Assembly (NCBI GenBank): GCA_022710715.1
Contig: JAKLGJ010000002.1
Location: 17,590-81,589 of the forward strand
DNA from: Candidatus Omnitrophota bacterium
Lineage (GTDB): Bacteria > Omnitrophota > Gorgyraeia > Gygaellales > Profunditerraquicolaceae
Length of the DNA: 64,000 nucleotides
Direction: 5' to 3'
Positions 1 through 9,695 of the stretch are shown here, piece after piece. The notes under the pieces were generated by a model. The model saw nothing but the letters and a program-made list of their open reading frames with translations, was not told the DNA's origin and made no database searches. The first letter of the stretch is position 1; the number at the start of each line of letters is the position of its first letter. A program made the translations under genes and the position numbers.

Positions 1-352
1 ATCGATTCCCGAAAGCAACATATTCATAGCAAAAGGCTTAGGCAGGTATAAATCCGCACCGATGACCCGGCCCACCACCCGGTCTACTTCGGAATCTTTC
101 GAAGTCAGCATTACTACGGGAATTGCTTTCAGCTGTTCATCTTTCTTCAATTCTTTACAGACAACCTCTCCTGGGATAGTTGGAAGGACTAAATCCAGCA
201 GAATCAAATCCGGGTACTGCTCCCGGGCCTGCTGCAGACCGGCTTCTCCGGTAGAAGCTTTAATCACCTCGAAACCCTTTTCCTGAAGATGGCTTTCGAG
301 CATCTGCGCAAAAAAGATACTGTCTTCAATAAGCAGAATCTTTTTCTTAACC
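1..352 (-). CDS. Response regulator receiver (REC) domain protein; its C-terminus runs off the window edge.
   Basis: Reverse translation from the ATG at 352 gives MVKKKILLIEDSIFFAQMLE...LILLDLVLP...VVMLTSK, with the DD pair, phospho-acceptor Asp and T/K residues of CheY-like receivers. It reads past position 1. Confidence 0.8.
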
Positions 353-381
353 ATGAAAAATATTGTAGCACAAAACCGAAT

Positions 382-771
382 TTAGGGTAAGTTTTTTCGA
401 GATGCCTGGAAGGCGGCCCAGCGGTCAGCGCGTTGCCTGGACTGGGCTTGATAGAGAATGTTGCGCAGAACAAGAGGAATGGGATTACACAGGCCGCGAG
501 GCATCTGGATTCCGGCTCTAAACTGATTCTCTCCCATACGGTTGATCCAGACGACCTGCCCCTGCAAGGGAACATGCTCCTGGTTATCCGGCATCTGTAA
601 CTGCATGTGGACCTGCCGGCCCAGAGACAACTGCTCGCGGGTAAGCACGCCAACGCCATTGGCGCTGATATTTTTCAGCCGTAAACCCGCCATGCCCGGA
701 ATATCTATGGGCATATCCATCTCGTAGCGGGGAAATTTCCTTTTTTCCTGAAAAGATGTAGGTTCTTGCAT
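382..771 (-). CDS. PilZ domain protein (c-di-GMP receptor).
   Basis: The 129 aa ORF carries RKFPRYEM and NISANGVGV motifs, matching the RxxxR and D/NxSxxG PilZ signature. It lies 30 nt upstream of the co-directional REC gene. Confidence 0.7.
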   Translation of the reverse strand: MQEPTSFQEKRKFPRYEMDMPIDIPGMAGLRLKNISANGVGVLTREQLSLGRQVHMQLQMPDNQEHVPLQGQVVWINRMGENQFRAGIQMPRGLCNPIPLVLRNILYQAQSRQRADRWAAFQASRKNLP

Positions 772-914
772 AGTGTATGCCCTGAAAATGAAAAAGCCAC
801 GACAAAAGTTGTACTATCTTTTGACCGTGGCATAGGTCATGTCTTAGTGCACCCCAAGTATAGCCTATAGGGGGAGCGTTTTCAAGTGAAAAAACCAACT
901 TTTTTGAAAGCGCT

Positions 915-952
915 TTCATAAAATGAAGGGCCGGGTCTGAACAACCCGGCCC
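915..952 (-). terminator. Probable rho-independent terminator of hppA.
   Basis: GC hairpin GGGCCGGG-tctgaacaa-CCCGGCCC at 928-952, followed on the minus strand by TTCATTTTAT, directly after the hppA stop at 971. Confidence 0.5.
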
Positions 953-970
953 TTGAGACTACCCGTCGAC

Positions 971-3082
971 TTATTTTAAGAAAGTGTTACCGATGATAAA
1001 AGCCGCGAACACGATGGAAACCATGGACATCAGCTTGATCAGGATGTTCAAAGAAGGTCCCGAAGTATCTTTGAAGGGATCGCCCACGGTATCGCCGACC
1101 ACAGCAGCTTTATGCGCCGGGGAGCCTTTGCCGCCGTGATGGCCTTCTTCGATAAATTTCTTGGCATTGTCCCAGGCGCCGCCGGAATTCGCCATCATCA
1201 CCGCCAATACGAATCCGGTTACCAGAGAGCCGCAGAGCAAACCGCCCACCCCTTCCACGCCGATAAAAATCCCGACGACAATCGGAGCGATCACTGCCAA
1301 TAACGCCGGCAGGACCATTTCTTTCTGCGCGGCCGCAGTCGCGATAGTCACCACGCTGGCATAATCCGGCTTGGCCTTGCCTTCCATCAAACCCACGATC
1401 TCCTTGAACTGCCGGCGCACTTCTACCACGATCTTGCCGGCTGCGCGGCCCACTGCGCGCATGGTCATGGAACAGAACAAGAACGGCAGCATGCCGCCGA
1501 TGAACAACCCGATCAACACCTGTGGGTTCATCAGGCTCATCTCGATAAGCTTGTCGGACTTGATCAGGATCTCGTCGCGATACGCCGCGATCAAAGCCAG
1601 AGCAGTCAATGCCGCGGAACCGATGGCAAACCCTTTGCCGGTAGCGGCAGTGGTATTACCCAGAGAATCCAGAGCGTCGGTGCGCTTGCGCACTTCCGGA
1701 GGCAGATGCGACATTTCGGCGTTTCCGCCGGCATTATCCGCTACCGGACCGTAAGCGTCGGTAGCCAGGGTAATACCCAGAGTGGAAAGCATGCCTACTG
1801 CGGAAATTGCGATACCGTAAAGCCCGGAGTTGAAATTCGCGGCTCCGCCGGATACGAAAAAGCTGATCATAATAGACGCGCAAACGATGATCACCGGCCA
1901 GGCAGTAGACATCATCCCTACAGCCAGACCGGAAATGATCACGGTAGCCGGACCGGTAACCGCCGAATCCGCGATGGTCTGCGTGGGCTTAAAACCGCTG
2001 GAAGTATAATATTCGGTGATCAATCCAATCAATACGCCGGCAACCAGGCCGGAGATCACCGCCCAGTACACGCCCATATGTTCCGCTCCCAGGGTATGTT
2101 TGATCAGAAAATAGGAAGCGATGGCGACAATGAATGAGCTGGTGAAAACGCCTTTACGCAAAGCCGCCAGCAATACCGACTGGCTGGCGTCTTCTTTACT
2201 CTGCACGAAGAAGGTGCCGACCACGGAAGCCAACACGCCGATTGCCGCCATAACCATAGGTACGGTAACTCCGGCAACGCCCAACCCGGCAGCCACGCCC
2301 AGAGCCGACGTAGCCACGATCGAACCGCAATAGGACTCGTACAGATCAGCGCCCATGCCGGCAACGTCGCCGACGTTATCGCCGACGTTATCGGCAATAA
2401 CCGCGGGGTTGCGGGGATCGTCTTCGGGAATACCCGCTTCCACTTTACCTACCAGATCCGCGCCGACATCCGCGGCTTTGGTGAAAATTCCGCCGCCCAC
2501 GCGGGCGAACAACGCCTGCGAGCTGGCGCCCATGCCGAAACAAAGCATGGTCGAAGTGATCGCGGCAATCTTGTCCATATTCGCCGGGATCGCGGCAGGA
2601 TGCGCGCCGTAATACCAGTTAAGGAAATAATACCAGACACTCAAATCCAGCAGGCCTAAACCGACCACGGTCAACCCCATAACCGCGCCGCTGGAAAAAG
2701 CCACGCGCAAGCCGGAATTCAGGGATTTCATGGCTGCGGCGGCAGTGCGGTTGGACGCTTGCGTGGCAATGGTCATGCCGATAAAACCGGAGAGGCCGGA
2801 GAAGAAACCGCCGGTCAGAAAAGCGAAGGGTACGAAAATCACCAGATAACCTTTCCAGGCCAGGGCCAGCAGAATACAGAACACCGCGGCAAAGAAAATC
2901 GACACACCCAGGTACTGTCTCTTTAAATACGCCTGGGCGCCGACGCGTACCGCCGCAGCGATCTCTTTCATCCGGTCAGTCCCCTGATCCTGTTTCAGGA
3001 CGGACATGGCCAGGTAGAAAGCGAATCCCAAAGCGAAGATCGAGCCTACCGGGGCCAGAATCAGAAAATCGAAACTTCCCAT
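971..3082 (-). CDS. hppA: K+/Na+-stimulated membrane-bound pyrophosphatase (V-type H+/Na+-translocating PPase).
   Basis: 703 aa polytopic membrane protein with the conserved [16 protein letters not shown] motif and [16 protein letters not shown] strong RBS AAGGAGGAGAAAG precedes the ATG at 3082. Confidence 0.9.
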   Translation of the reverse strand: MGSFDFLILAPVGSIFALGFAFYLAMSVLKQDQGTDRMKEIAAAVRVGAQAYLKRQYLGVSIFFAAVFCILLALAWKGYLVIFVPFAFLTGGFFSGLSGFIGMTIATQASNRTAAAAMKSLNSGLRVAFSSGAVMGLTVVGLGLLDLSVWYYFLNWYYGAHPAAIPANMDKIAAITSTMLCFGMGASSQALFARVGGGIFTKAADVGADLVGKVEAGIPEDDPRNPAVIADNVGDNVGDVAGMGADLYESYCGSIVATSALGVAAGLGVAGVTVPMVMAAIGVLASVVGTFFVQSKEDASQSVLLAALRKGVFTSSFIVAIASYFLIKHTLGAEHMGVYWAVISGLVAGVLIGLITEYYTSSGFKPTQTIADSAVTGPATVIISGLAVGMMSTAWPVIIVCASIMISFFVSGGAANFNSGLYGIAISAVGMLSTLGITLATDAYGPVADNAGGNAEMSHLPPEVRKRTDALDSLGNTTAATGKGFAIGSAALTALALIAAYRDEILIKSDKLIEMSLMNPQVLIGLFIGGMLPFLFCSMTMRAVGRAAGKIVVEVRRQFKEIVGLMEGKAKPDYASVVTIATAAAQKEMVLPALLAVIAPIVVGIFIGVEGVGGLLCGSLVTGFVLAVMMANSGGAWDNAKKFIEEGHHGGKGSPAHKAAVVGDTVGDPFKDTSGPSLNILIKLMSMVSIVFAAFIIGNTFLK

Positions 3083-3236
3083 CTTTCTCCTCCTTAATAG
3101 TTACCGGGGTTACCGGGCACAATTGCTCCGGCAAACCGCCTTCAAATTGCACTACTATAGCACAGACTGCTTCAAAATCAATACATTAATAGTATCGGCA
3201 GGATTTCCGGGAACAGAACCTTTTTCTTCCCCCTCC

Positions 3237-4172
3237 CTATTTCAGCATGCCGTTAACCACGATGTCAATGGCCCGCTCTTCATCCAACCCTCGGGCCATC
3301 AGGGTCTCCACCTGTTTTTTATCCACCCGTCCGATAGCCGCTTCATGGGTGACCTGGGCAAATTCATTGTTCACGGACACGATAGGAACGGCTCTGGCCC
3401 GGGCATGGCCCTGGATGATCTCAATGCAATCCACGTGTCCCCGGGAATCCGGAGCGTCCGCGGTCAATTCGTTGACCACCTCGCTCTGGGCGTTATCTTT
3501 AACCGCGATGCGGCTCTTGATCAACCCCCTAGCACCCCGGCCCAGCAACCTGCCGCCTTCTTTCAGGCGGATCACGTCGTCGCCGTACCCGTAGATCTTG
3601 GCGTTCATCTCCAGCACAGAATTATCCATCACCGTAATTTCGTAATCCAGGTCGAATACGCCGACCCGGCCGTGCACCAGTGAGAAATTCGTGGCCAGCC
3701 GGCTGTTCTTGCCCACGGTAAACCGGGCTCGCGGGATCACCTGAACCCCGGCGCTTGGTCCGTGATAATGCACTTCGTTGTATTCGTAGAAAGCGTCATC
3801 CCCCAGCACGATATCCGCATCCATCCTGTGCACCACTTTGACCGCATTGGGGAAAACGCAATGCGCCAGCAGTTTGATACCGGCTCCGTCCTGGATATGC
3901 GCTTTGATCACGATCTCCTGCAAACCTTCCCTGGGCAACACGCCGAAACACAGATGCACGGTTTTCTCGAGTTTGCAGCCTTTTTCCACCGTCATCTCGA
4001 TATCCACCCCGGTAGCGGTCTCCGTGGGCACCAACACTAATCCCGGCACCAGGTGACTGCCGATGACTTTATTCTTATGGATCACCAGATGCGCCATGTC
4101 GGAATCTTTGAATACTTCGGGAGTCCCGCCGGCCTGGCTGTACGCGTCTAACATCAATTCATAATCTTGCAT
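3237..4172 (-). CDS. sufB: Fe-S cluster assembly protein, short SufB/SufD family.
   Basis: C-terminal SufBD beta-helix region ending ...IDIVVNGMLK, immediately downstream of sufC. The start was moved to the ATG at 4172, which overlaps the sufC stop as ATGA; the longer ORF to 4304 would overlap sufC by 133 nt. Confidence 0.7.
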   Translation of the reverse strand: MQDYELMLDAYSQAGGTPEVFKDSDMAHLVIHKNKVIGSHLVPGLVLVPTETATGVDIEMTVEKGCKLEKTVHLCFGVLPREGLQEIVIKAHIQDGAGIKLLAHCVFPNAVKVVHRMDADIVLGDDAFYEYNEVHYHGPSAGVQVIPRARFTVGKNSRLATNFSLVHGRVGVFDLDYEITVMDNSVLEMNAKIYGYGDDVIRLKEGGRLLGRGARGLIKSRIAVKDNAQSEVVNELTADAPDSRGHVDCIEIIQGHARARAVPIVSVNNEFAQVTHEAAIGRVDKKQVETLMARGLDEERAIDIVVNGMLK

Positions 4173-4924
4173 CAGTCCCTCGCCATTGCTGCTTTGCCCT
4201 CGCCTGCGGAGGGGAAAATCTTGGTCGGGCAGGGAATGCAGCGCGACTTGAAACGCCGCCCCACCTCTCTGGGCTTTCCTTCCTGCACGATACAACCCGA
4301 ACACATCAATGAAGTCACATCCGCGATCTCCGAAACTTCCTCGCGGTGCGTGATCAATATCACCGTCGTCCCCTGTTTTTTCAATCCCTTGATCAGCGCG
4401 ATGATATTGTCCAGAGCCAGGATATCAATGCCTGAATCCGGCTCATCCAGGACTACCAGTTCGGGATGCATGGCATACACCGCCGCCAGCTCGATGCGCT
4501 TGCGCTCGCCGCCGCTCAAGGTCTTGTCCACCAGCCGCTGCAGATACGCCGGCGGGTCAAGCAAGACCATGGCCAGCGCTTCTTCGATGCTGCGATGGTT
4601 TTTCTCCTTCATGCCCGCGGCGATATAATCCTGCACGGTCAATCCTTCAAAACGCGCCGGTTCCTGCCAGGCCAGGGTCAGGCCTTTCTGGGCGCGCTGA
4701 TGTATGGCCAGCCGCGTAATATCTTCATTCTTGAAAAATATCTGTCCGGATTGGGGCTGATAGCCGGCACACCCCATGATCAAAAACGCCAGGCTGGATT
4801 TTCCGGCGGCATTGATCCCCAGGATAGAATGGATACTCCCGGATTTGACAGACAAGGTCAAACCGTTAAGCACCTGTTTTTCTCCCAGCTTAAGACCGAT
4901 GTTCTTTAACTGTAGAATCTCCAT
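4172..4924 (-). CDS. sufC: Fe-S cluster assembly ATPase SufC (ABC ATPase).
   Basis: 250 aa with Walker A GINAAGKSSL, ABC signature LSGGERKR and Walker B LVVLDEPDSG. Confidence 0.85.
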   Translation of the reverse strand: MEILQLKNIGLKLGEKQVLNGLTLSVKSGSIHSILGINAAGKSSLAFLIMGCAGYQPQSGQIFFKNEDITRLAIHQRAQKGLTLAWQEPARFEGLTVQDYIAAGMKEKNHRSIEEALAMVLLDPPAYLQRLVDKTLSGGERKRIELAAVYAMHPELVVLDEPDSGIDILALDNIIALIKGLKKQGTTVILITHREEVSEIADVTSLMCSGCIVQEGKPREVGRRFKSRCIPCPTKIFPSAGEGKAAMARD

Positions 4925-5717
4925 GGCGTTTTAGCCCTCTTAAAAGGAATATGCCTGCCCAAACCCCTAAACCGATACTCACCCACTGCGAAACGGTAAA
5001 CCCGGCGACATGCGCTCCCGGTTCGTAATAGCGCAACGATTCGGTGATAAACCGCGCCGCGGCATACAGCAGCACCAGCATCCCGAAAAGAAATCCGTCA
5101 AACCGCCGCTTGCGGTCGATAGCCAGTAAGACCAGACACAGGATCAGCCCCGCGCCTGCGTCATAGAGTTGCGTGGGGATGACCGGCAAAGAGCATGCGG
5201 CGCTGCCGGAGATCAACCCGTCCATAACCTGCTGGGCGAATACCGGCGGATTATCCGTGGCCGGAAAACTCACGCCCCAGGCAGAGGAAATCCGGCCATA
5301 ACAACAGCCGTTCAAGAAACAACCCAGGCGGCCGAAAAAGATCCCCAGGCCGAGGGAAGGACTCATTATATCAAGTATCTTTCCTGCCGGCAACTGCTTG
5401 TTGCGCAGATACACCCGGGCGGCGATGACGGCCGCGATCAATCCGCCGTAAAAAACCAGGCCGCCTTCCCAGAGCTTGAATATATCCGGCCAGGCCTGCC
5501 GGTAATACTGCCAGTTCAAAAGCACAAAGAGCAGCCGCGCGCCGACCAGGCTGGAGATCATTACGACAAAGACCAGATCGACAATCCGGTTCTGATCGAT
5601 ACCCCGGGCGTGCGCCCTGCGGCACGCCAGCAGCGCGCCGGCGATAAAAGCGACGGCCAGCATCGCTCCGTAGGCGTAGACGGTAACCGGCCCCAGAGAG
5701 AAAATGATGCGGTGCAT
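4890..5717 (-). CDS. lgt: Prolipoprotein diacylglyceryl transferase.
   Basis: Lgt-like membrane protein with YGGLI..G and LGRLGCFLNGCCYG. The start was placed at the internal ATG (MHRIIFSLGPVTVYAYG...) because the 35-codon N-terminal extension overlaps the upstream chrA half. An overlap with sufC remains at the 3' end of the call (4890 versus 4924), so one boundary may be off. Confidence 0.7.
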   Translation of the reverse strand: MHRIIFSLGPVTVYAYGAMLAVAFIAGALLACRRAHARGIDQNRIVDLVFVVMISSLVGARLLFVLLNWQYYRQAWPDIFKLWEGGLVFYGGLIAAVIAARVYLRNKQLPAGKILDIMSPSLGLGIFFGRLGCFLNGCCYGRISSAWGVSFPATDNPPVFAQQVMDGLISGSAACSLPVIPTQLYDAGAGLILCLVLLAIDRKRRFDGFLFGMLVLLYAAARFITESLRYYEPGAHVAGFTVSQWVSIGLGVWAGIFLLRGLKRHGDSTVKEHRS

Positions 5718-5719
5718 AG

Positions 5720-6241
5720 TTAATAGAATAGTAGCCCGGCAGCGCCGGAAAGAATAAACACCATCCAGAAAGAAAACCTGTACCTGTATAATAACACAAA
5801 AACCGCCAGGAATATACCACAAGCTTTATAATCCTGCCAGATGCGGATATCCCGCATCATCAACAAAGCGCTGGAAGCGATCAAGCCGATAAACAACGGC
5901 CGGGCCAGCCTGAAAAAAAGCTCAACCCGGCGATTGGCGCGAAAAGCGTAGAAAAAATGCGCCGCGACCAGCATCAGCGCGAACGTAGGCAGAACATTGG
6001 ATACAGTAGCGACAGCCGCACCCGTGAACCCGGCGACTTTATAGCCGGTATAGGTCGCGGTGTTGATGCCGATCGGCCCGGGAGTCATCTGGGAAAGCGC
6101 CAGGATATCGATGAATTCCCCGCCGACTATCCCGAACTGCTGAACTTCACGCTGGATCAACGGGATCATCGCATATCCACCGCCAAAACCCAGAATCCCG
6201 ATCTTGACGAAACTGAAAGCCAGCAAAATCAGTCGGATCAT
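5720..6241 (-). CDS. chrA: Chromate transporter ChrA, short-chain half (C-terminal homolog).
   Basis: 173 aa with FGGGYAMIPLIQ, the ChrA/CHR superfamily motif. It is paired with a second half-size CHR gene upstream. Confidence 0.75.
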   Translation of the reverse strand: MIRLILLAFSFVKIGILGFGGGYAMIPLIQREVQQFGIVGGEFIDILALSQMTPGPIGINTATYTGYKVAGFTGAAVATVSNVLPTFALMLVAAHFFYAFRANRRVELFFRLARPLFIGLIASSALLMMRDIRIWQDYKACGIFLAVFVLLYRYRFSFWMVFILSGAAGLLFY

Positions 6242-6795
6242 CCGCGCCCCTTTCGCAGAACAACCGCGAGGATAATCGCTATCCCCCCCAGCAGCACATA
6301 AACCGGCGGCGCGCCGAAAAGGATCAGACCCGCAACCGCTGCCGGAACAAGAAGGCTTTTCTTATCGGATAGAGCCGCGCGGGACAGAGAGAGTATCGGC
6401 ATGACCACCAGAGCAATCACCGCCGGTCGGATACCGTTGAGCGCTCTGGCTATCCAGACATTGTCTTTGATCAACAAGAAATAATGCGCCACGATCAGGA
6501 TGGAGACAAACGGGGGGATAACTGTACCGAGGAAAGCGCTGCAGGCTCCCCGCTTGCCGGCGACCTTAAAGCCGACGGTAGTGGCCACATTGACGATCAT
6601 TACACCGGGCATGGACTGGGAAATACCGAGAATATCCAGAAACTCGTCTTCGCTGACCCAGTTACGGCGCTTGACCACTTCCCGCTCCACAAAAGGGAGC
6701 ATCGCCAGGCCACCGCCTACCGTAAAAAGAGAAATCTTGCAGAAAATGAGGAACAGCTGTCCGCAGGACCGCGGGTGAGCGGTATTACCAACCAT
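6238..6795 (-). CDS. chrA: Chromate transporter ChrA, short-chain half (N-terminal homolog).
   Basis: 185 aa with TVGGGLAMLPFVEREVV. It overlaps the downstream half by 4 nt (translational coupling). Confidence 0.75.
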   Translation of the reverse strand: MVGNTAHPRSCGQLFLIFCKISLFTVGGGLAMLPFVEREVVKRRNWVSEDEFLDILGISQSMPGVMIVNVATTVGFKVAGKRGACSAFLGTVIPPFVSILIVAHYFLLIKDNVWIARALNGIRPAVIALVVMPILSLSRAALSDKKSLLVPAAVAGLILFGAPPVYVLLGGIAIILAVVLRKGRG

Positions 6796-7459
6796 CCTCG
6801 CGCCCTCTCTCCCGGAGACAAAACAGCGATTGGAATGCCTCTACCCGGGCTTTCACATCCGCCGCTGCGCCAACCGCGCGTAACGCGCAGACTGCGTCCG
6901 CGCCGGCAGCGATCACCAAAGAGGCATTCTCCGGAGTGATGCCGCCGATCGCCACCAGCGGCAAAGCGGTGATACGCCTGACCCGGCGCGCCAATTCCAG
7001 ACCGACAGCAGGAGCATCCGGTTTGATCGCGGTGGCAAATATCGGACCAACCGCCATATAGTCGATATGTTCCTGCAGCGCTCTGTGTGCCTGCTCCAGC
7101 GTCCCGACGCTTAATCCGACGATCTTCTCCGGCCCCAGGAGCCGCCTGGCCCGAGACACCGGCATATCGTCCTGCCCCAGATGCACTCCGTCCGCGCCTA
7201 CCGCCAGCGCCAGATCGACCCGGTCATTGATCAACAGGAGCGGTCGCGGATGGCCCGGCGTCCGACCGGCGTGATCACACAGGCGTTTGAGCGCACAGGC
7301 CTGCGCATACATCTGGCGCAGCGAAGCGTGCTTCTCACGCAACTGCACCACGCCCACGCCTGCGGCCAGCGCATTACGCGCGTCGCTGATTATCCCGGCC
7401 CGGCTGGAACCGGCGTCGGTAATGAAATAGAATCCCCGGAGTGCGTTTTTCATGAGCAC
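6785..7459 (-). CDS. thiE: Thiamine-phosphate synthase.
   Basis: 224 aa with an FYFITD N-terminus and the VQLREK, GADGVHLGQDD and VAIGGI motifs of ThiE. Confidence 0.8.
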   Translation of the reverse strand: MLMKNALRGFYFITDAGSSRAGIISDARNALAAGVGVVQLREKHASLRQMYAQACALKRLCDHAGRTPGHPRPLLLINDRVDLALAVGADGVHLGQDDMPVSRARRLLGPEKIVGLSVGTLEQAHRALQEHIDYMAVGPIFATAIKPDAPAVGLELARRVRRITALPLVAIGGITPENASLVIAAGADAVCALRAVGAAADVKARVEAFQSLFCLRERGREDGW

Positions 7460-7474
7460 GAGTTGCGCGGCGGC

Positions 7475-8380
7475 TTAGAAACTGTGGATGGCTACATAAT
7501 GAAAGGCGCTCAATGCGGCTTTGGCCCCCTCACCGGCAGCGACAATGATCTGTTTTGCCGGCACATCGGTCACGTCCCCGGCCGCAAACAACCCCGGCAC
7601 GTCGGTTTCGCTCTTACAATTAACCATGATCTCTCCGTATTCGTTCTTGCGCACGTCGCGGATGAACTCCGCGCTGGGAATCAACCCGATTTCCACAAAC
7701 ACCCCCTGCACCGGTAAAAAATCCACCAGCGCCGCTTTCTGAACCGTAATGCCGGCGACCATCTGGGCCCCGTTGACTGAAGTGATCCGGGCATTATTGT
7801 AGATGGCGACATTGGAAGCGTTCTTGAGCTTCTCCGCAATAGCAGAGTCGCCGGTCAGCTCGGCGGCGATATTGATCAGATATACCCGCCGGGCGATACG
7901 CATCAATTGCAACGCCGCATCCAGAGCAGAGTTACCGCCGCCGATAACCGCTACATCTTTATTGGCGAAGAGCGGGCCGTCGCAGGTGGCGCAATAGGTC
8001 AGCCCTTTATTCCTGAACTCTTTTTCACCCGGCACGCCCAACTCTCTGGATTGTTTGCCTGAAGCGACGATCACCGTCCGCGCCTGATACTCGGTTTTAT
8101 CCGTACGCACGACGAACATGTCCCGCTGACGCATAAGCTCCTGCACGGATTCACCTTCATGCAGCGGAACAGCGAAAGTCTTCATGTGCTCCTCGAATTT
8201 CGCCACCAGCTCGATCCCGGGAATGAACTGATAGCCGGTATAGTTTTCCACGCCGCCGCTCCAGGCAGTCTGCCCGCCAACGTCGCGACTGATGATTACG
8301 AAATTCATCTTCTTGCGGGCGGCGTAAATGGCCGCGGTGATCCCCGCCGGCCCGGCGCCGATAATAATCAAATCAAGCAT
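7475..8380 (-). CDS. trxB: Thioredoxin-disulfide reductase-like FAD/NAD(P) oxidoreductase.
   Basis: 301 aa with the FAD-binding motif IIGAGPAG, the redox-active CATCDG, and GGGNSA. Confidence 0.75.
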   Translation of the reverse strand: MLDLIIIGAGPAGITAAIYAARKKMNFVIISRDVGGQTAWSGGVENYTGYQFIPGIELVAKFEEHMKTFAVPLHEGESVQELMRQRDMFVVRTDKTEYQARTVIVASGKQSRELGVPGEKEFRNKGLTYCATCDGPLFANKDVAVIGGGNSALDAALQLMRIARRVYLINIAAELTGDSAIAEKLKNASNVAIYNNARITSVNGAQMVAGITVQKAALVDFLPVQGVFVEIGLIPSAEFIRDVRKNEYGEIMVNCKSETDVPGLFAAGDVTDVPAKQIIVAAGEGAKAALSAFHYVAIHSF

Positions 8381-8391
8381 ACTCTCTCTCC

Positions 8392-8679
8392 CTATGTCAA
8401 ACCCAGAGCCCGCTGAATCCGCTCCCGGTCAAACCCCACGATAATTTCTCCGTCGATGTCAAGAACCGGCACGCCCATCTGTCCGGATTTCTGGATCATT
8501 TCCTCCGCCCTCCCGGTGTCAACGGAAACGTCGACATTGTCGAACGCGATCCGGTTGTCGGTCAGGAACTGCTTGGCCCGCGTGCAATACGGACAGGTAG
8601 GAGTGCTATAAACAGTCACTTTCTTGGGCACCGCTGGTCCTCCTTTCTCACTCTTCCTTCTTGCTGGCTGCCGGCGCAA
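8392..8679 (-). CDS. Glutaredoxin/NrdH-like small thiol-disulfide protein.
   Basis: 95 aa with VTVYSTPTCPYC, a CPYC active site in a thioredoxin fold, then GVPVLDIDGEIIVGF. The N-terminal start is uncertain. Confidence 0.65.
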   Translation of the reverse strand: MRRQPARRKSEKGGPAVPKKVTVYSTPTCPYCTRAKQFLTDNRIAFDNVDVSVDTGRAEEMIQKSGQMGVPVLDIDGEIIVGFDRERIQRALGLT

Positions 8680-9118
8680 GATCGACGATTTCTTCGACGT
8701 CCATCACGAACACATATTCCGGCCGGGGCAACTGGGATTCCGGATGGGCGGGATGGCCTTTCCCTTCATGCAAATTACGGATAATCCTGGTGGTAATGCG
8801 CTCGGTGATCTTGCGCTCCCAGATGGCGTGCAGCCGGCGGCTCAAAGACCGGATAGGGATGATCCGCGCTTTGCCTTTCAAGCAGTAACCGCTGAAATCG
8901 TGTTCTTCTACCGCAGTAATGCTCATACGGGAGTTTCTTTTCAGATGAGCGAACGTCCGACGCATATAAGCGTCGATGAGATAAATTCTGCCGTCACGGC
9001 TGATGCGCAGGATGCCTTTGCAGGAAGTATGCGGATAGCCGGAGGCATCAATGGTAGCCACCAGCACAAACCCCTGTTTCCGGAAAAAACGCGCGACCTC
9101 TTCGGTGAGCCGTTTCAT
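8648..9118 (-). CDS. Pyridoxamine 5'-phosphate oxidase-like FMN-binding protein.
   Basis: 156 aa resembling the PNPOx split-barrel family (GFVLVATIDASGYPH...). It overlaps the glutaredoxin-like gene by 32 nt. Confidence 0.55.
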   Translation of the reverse strand: MKRLTEEVARFFRKQGFVLVATIDASGYPHTSCKGILRISRDGRIYLIDAYMRRTFAHLKRNSRMSITAVEEHDFSGYCLKGKARIIPIRSLSRRLHAIWERKITERITTRIIRNLHEGKGHPAHPESQLPRPEYVFVMDVEEIVDLAPAASKKEE

Positions 9119-9124
9119 ATGATC

Positions 9125-9520
9125 TTAACCGACCTCCAGCGGCTGGCTGCTCTGCCACAAACCGTGGATATTGCAGTACGAACCGGCCAGAATGACACCT
9201 CGCTTCTCGGTTTTGAAGCTTATCGTTGCCTGCGGGAACGTATACACCGTGCTCATGTTCGGCCCGGCGGCTGACTCGCCGTGAGCGCTGAACTCTGCCC
9301 GTCCGATCTGATAAGGGAATTTCTCGCCTTCCGGAGCAAAATAAACTTCGATCCAGCGGATATGGTGTTCGGTGGTATTGGGATGCGGTATCTCTTTGCC
9401 CACCGAAACCGTAACCAGAAAAAACTCGCCCTTCTTGACCTTCTCCGGACATTCGATCACCGGCACATGCTTTTCTTTTTTCCAGTCAGCGGACTGAAAC
9501 AGATCTTTCATTTCTGCCAT
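9125..9520 (-). CDS. sor: Superoxide reductase, 1Fe-SOR (neelaredoxin-type).
   Basis: From the ATG at 9520, 131 aa MAEMKDLFQSADWKKEKHVPVIE...GKEIPHPNTTEHHIRWIEVYF...CNIHGLW, near-identical in motif layout to Pyrococcus-type SOR. The 49-codon upstream extension in the ORF track was rejected. Confidence 0.8.
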   Translation of the reverse strand: MAEMKDLFQSADWKKEKHVPVIECPEKVKKGEFFLVTVSVGKEIPHPNTTEHHIRWIEVYFAPEGEKFPYQIGRAEFSAHGESAAGPNMSTVYTFPQATISFKTEKRGVILAGSYCNIHGLWQSSQPLEVG

Positions 9521-9533
9521 AGAGACCTCACTG

Positions 9534-9692
9534 TTAAACCTTCTCGAACATATCTTTACCCACCCCGCATTCCGGACACACCCAGGAAGCGGGAACCTTC
9601 TCGAACGGCGTGCCCGGCTCGATCCCGTTATCCGGATCGCCCGTGGCCGGGTCATAGATGTAGCCACATACCGTGCAGCGGTACTTATCCAT
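9534..9692 (-). CDS. rub: Rubredoxin (absent from the supplied ORF track because it is only 52 aa).
   Basis: Hand translation gives [52 protein letters not shown] with two CxxC pairs, in the canonical rubredoxin fold. GGAGGATGATCT RBS; sits between the FDP and SOR genes. Confidence 0.85.
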   Translation of the reverse strand: MDKYRCTVCGYIYDPATGDPDNGIEPGTPFEKVPASWVCPECGVGKDMFEKV

Positions 9693-9695
9693 AGA

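Noticed and set aside
2361-2400. Tandem 12-15 nt nucleotide repeat (gtcgccgacgttatc gccgacgttatc) inside hppA.
   Set aside because: It encodes the universally conserved DNVGDNVGD motif of membrane pyrophosphatases. It is a protein-level repeat, not a mobile or slippage element.
4173-4304. N-terminal extension of sufB, in the ORF-track version starting at 4304.
   Set aside because: It would overlap sufC by 133 nt. The internal ATG at 4172 forms an ATGA coupling with the sufC stop, and SufB-like sequence begins there.
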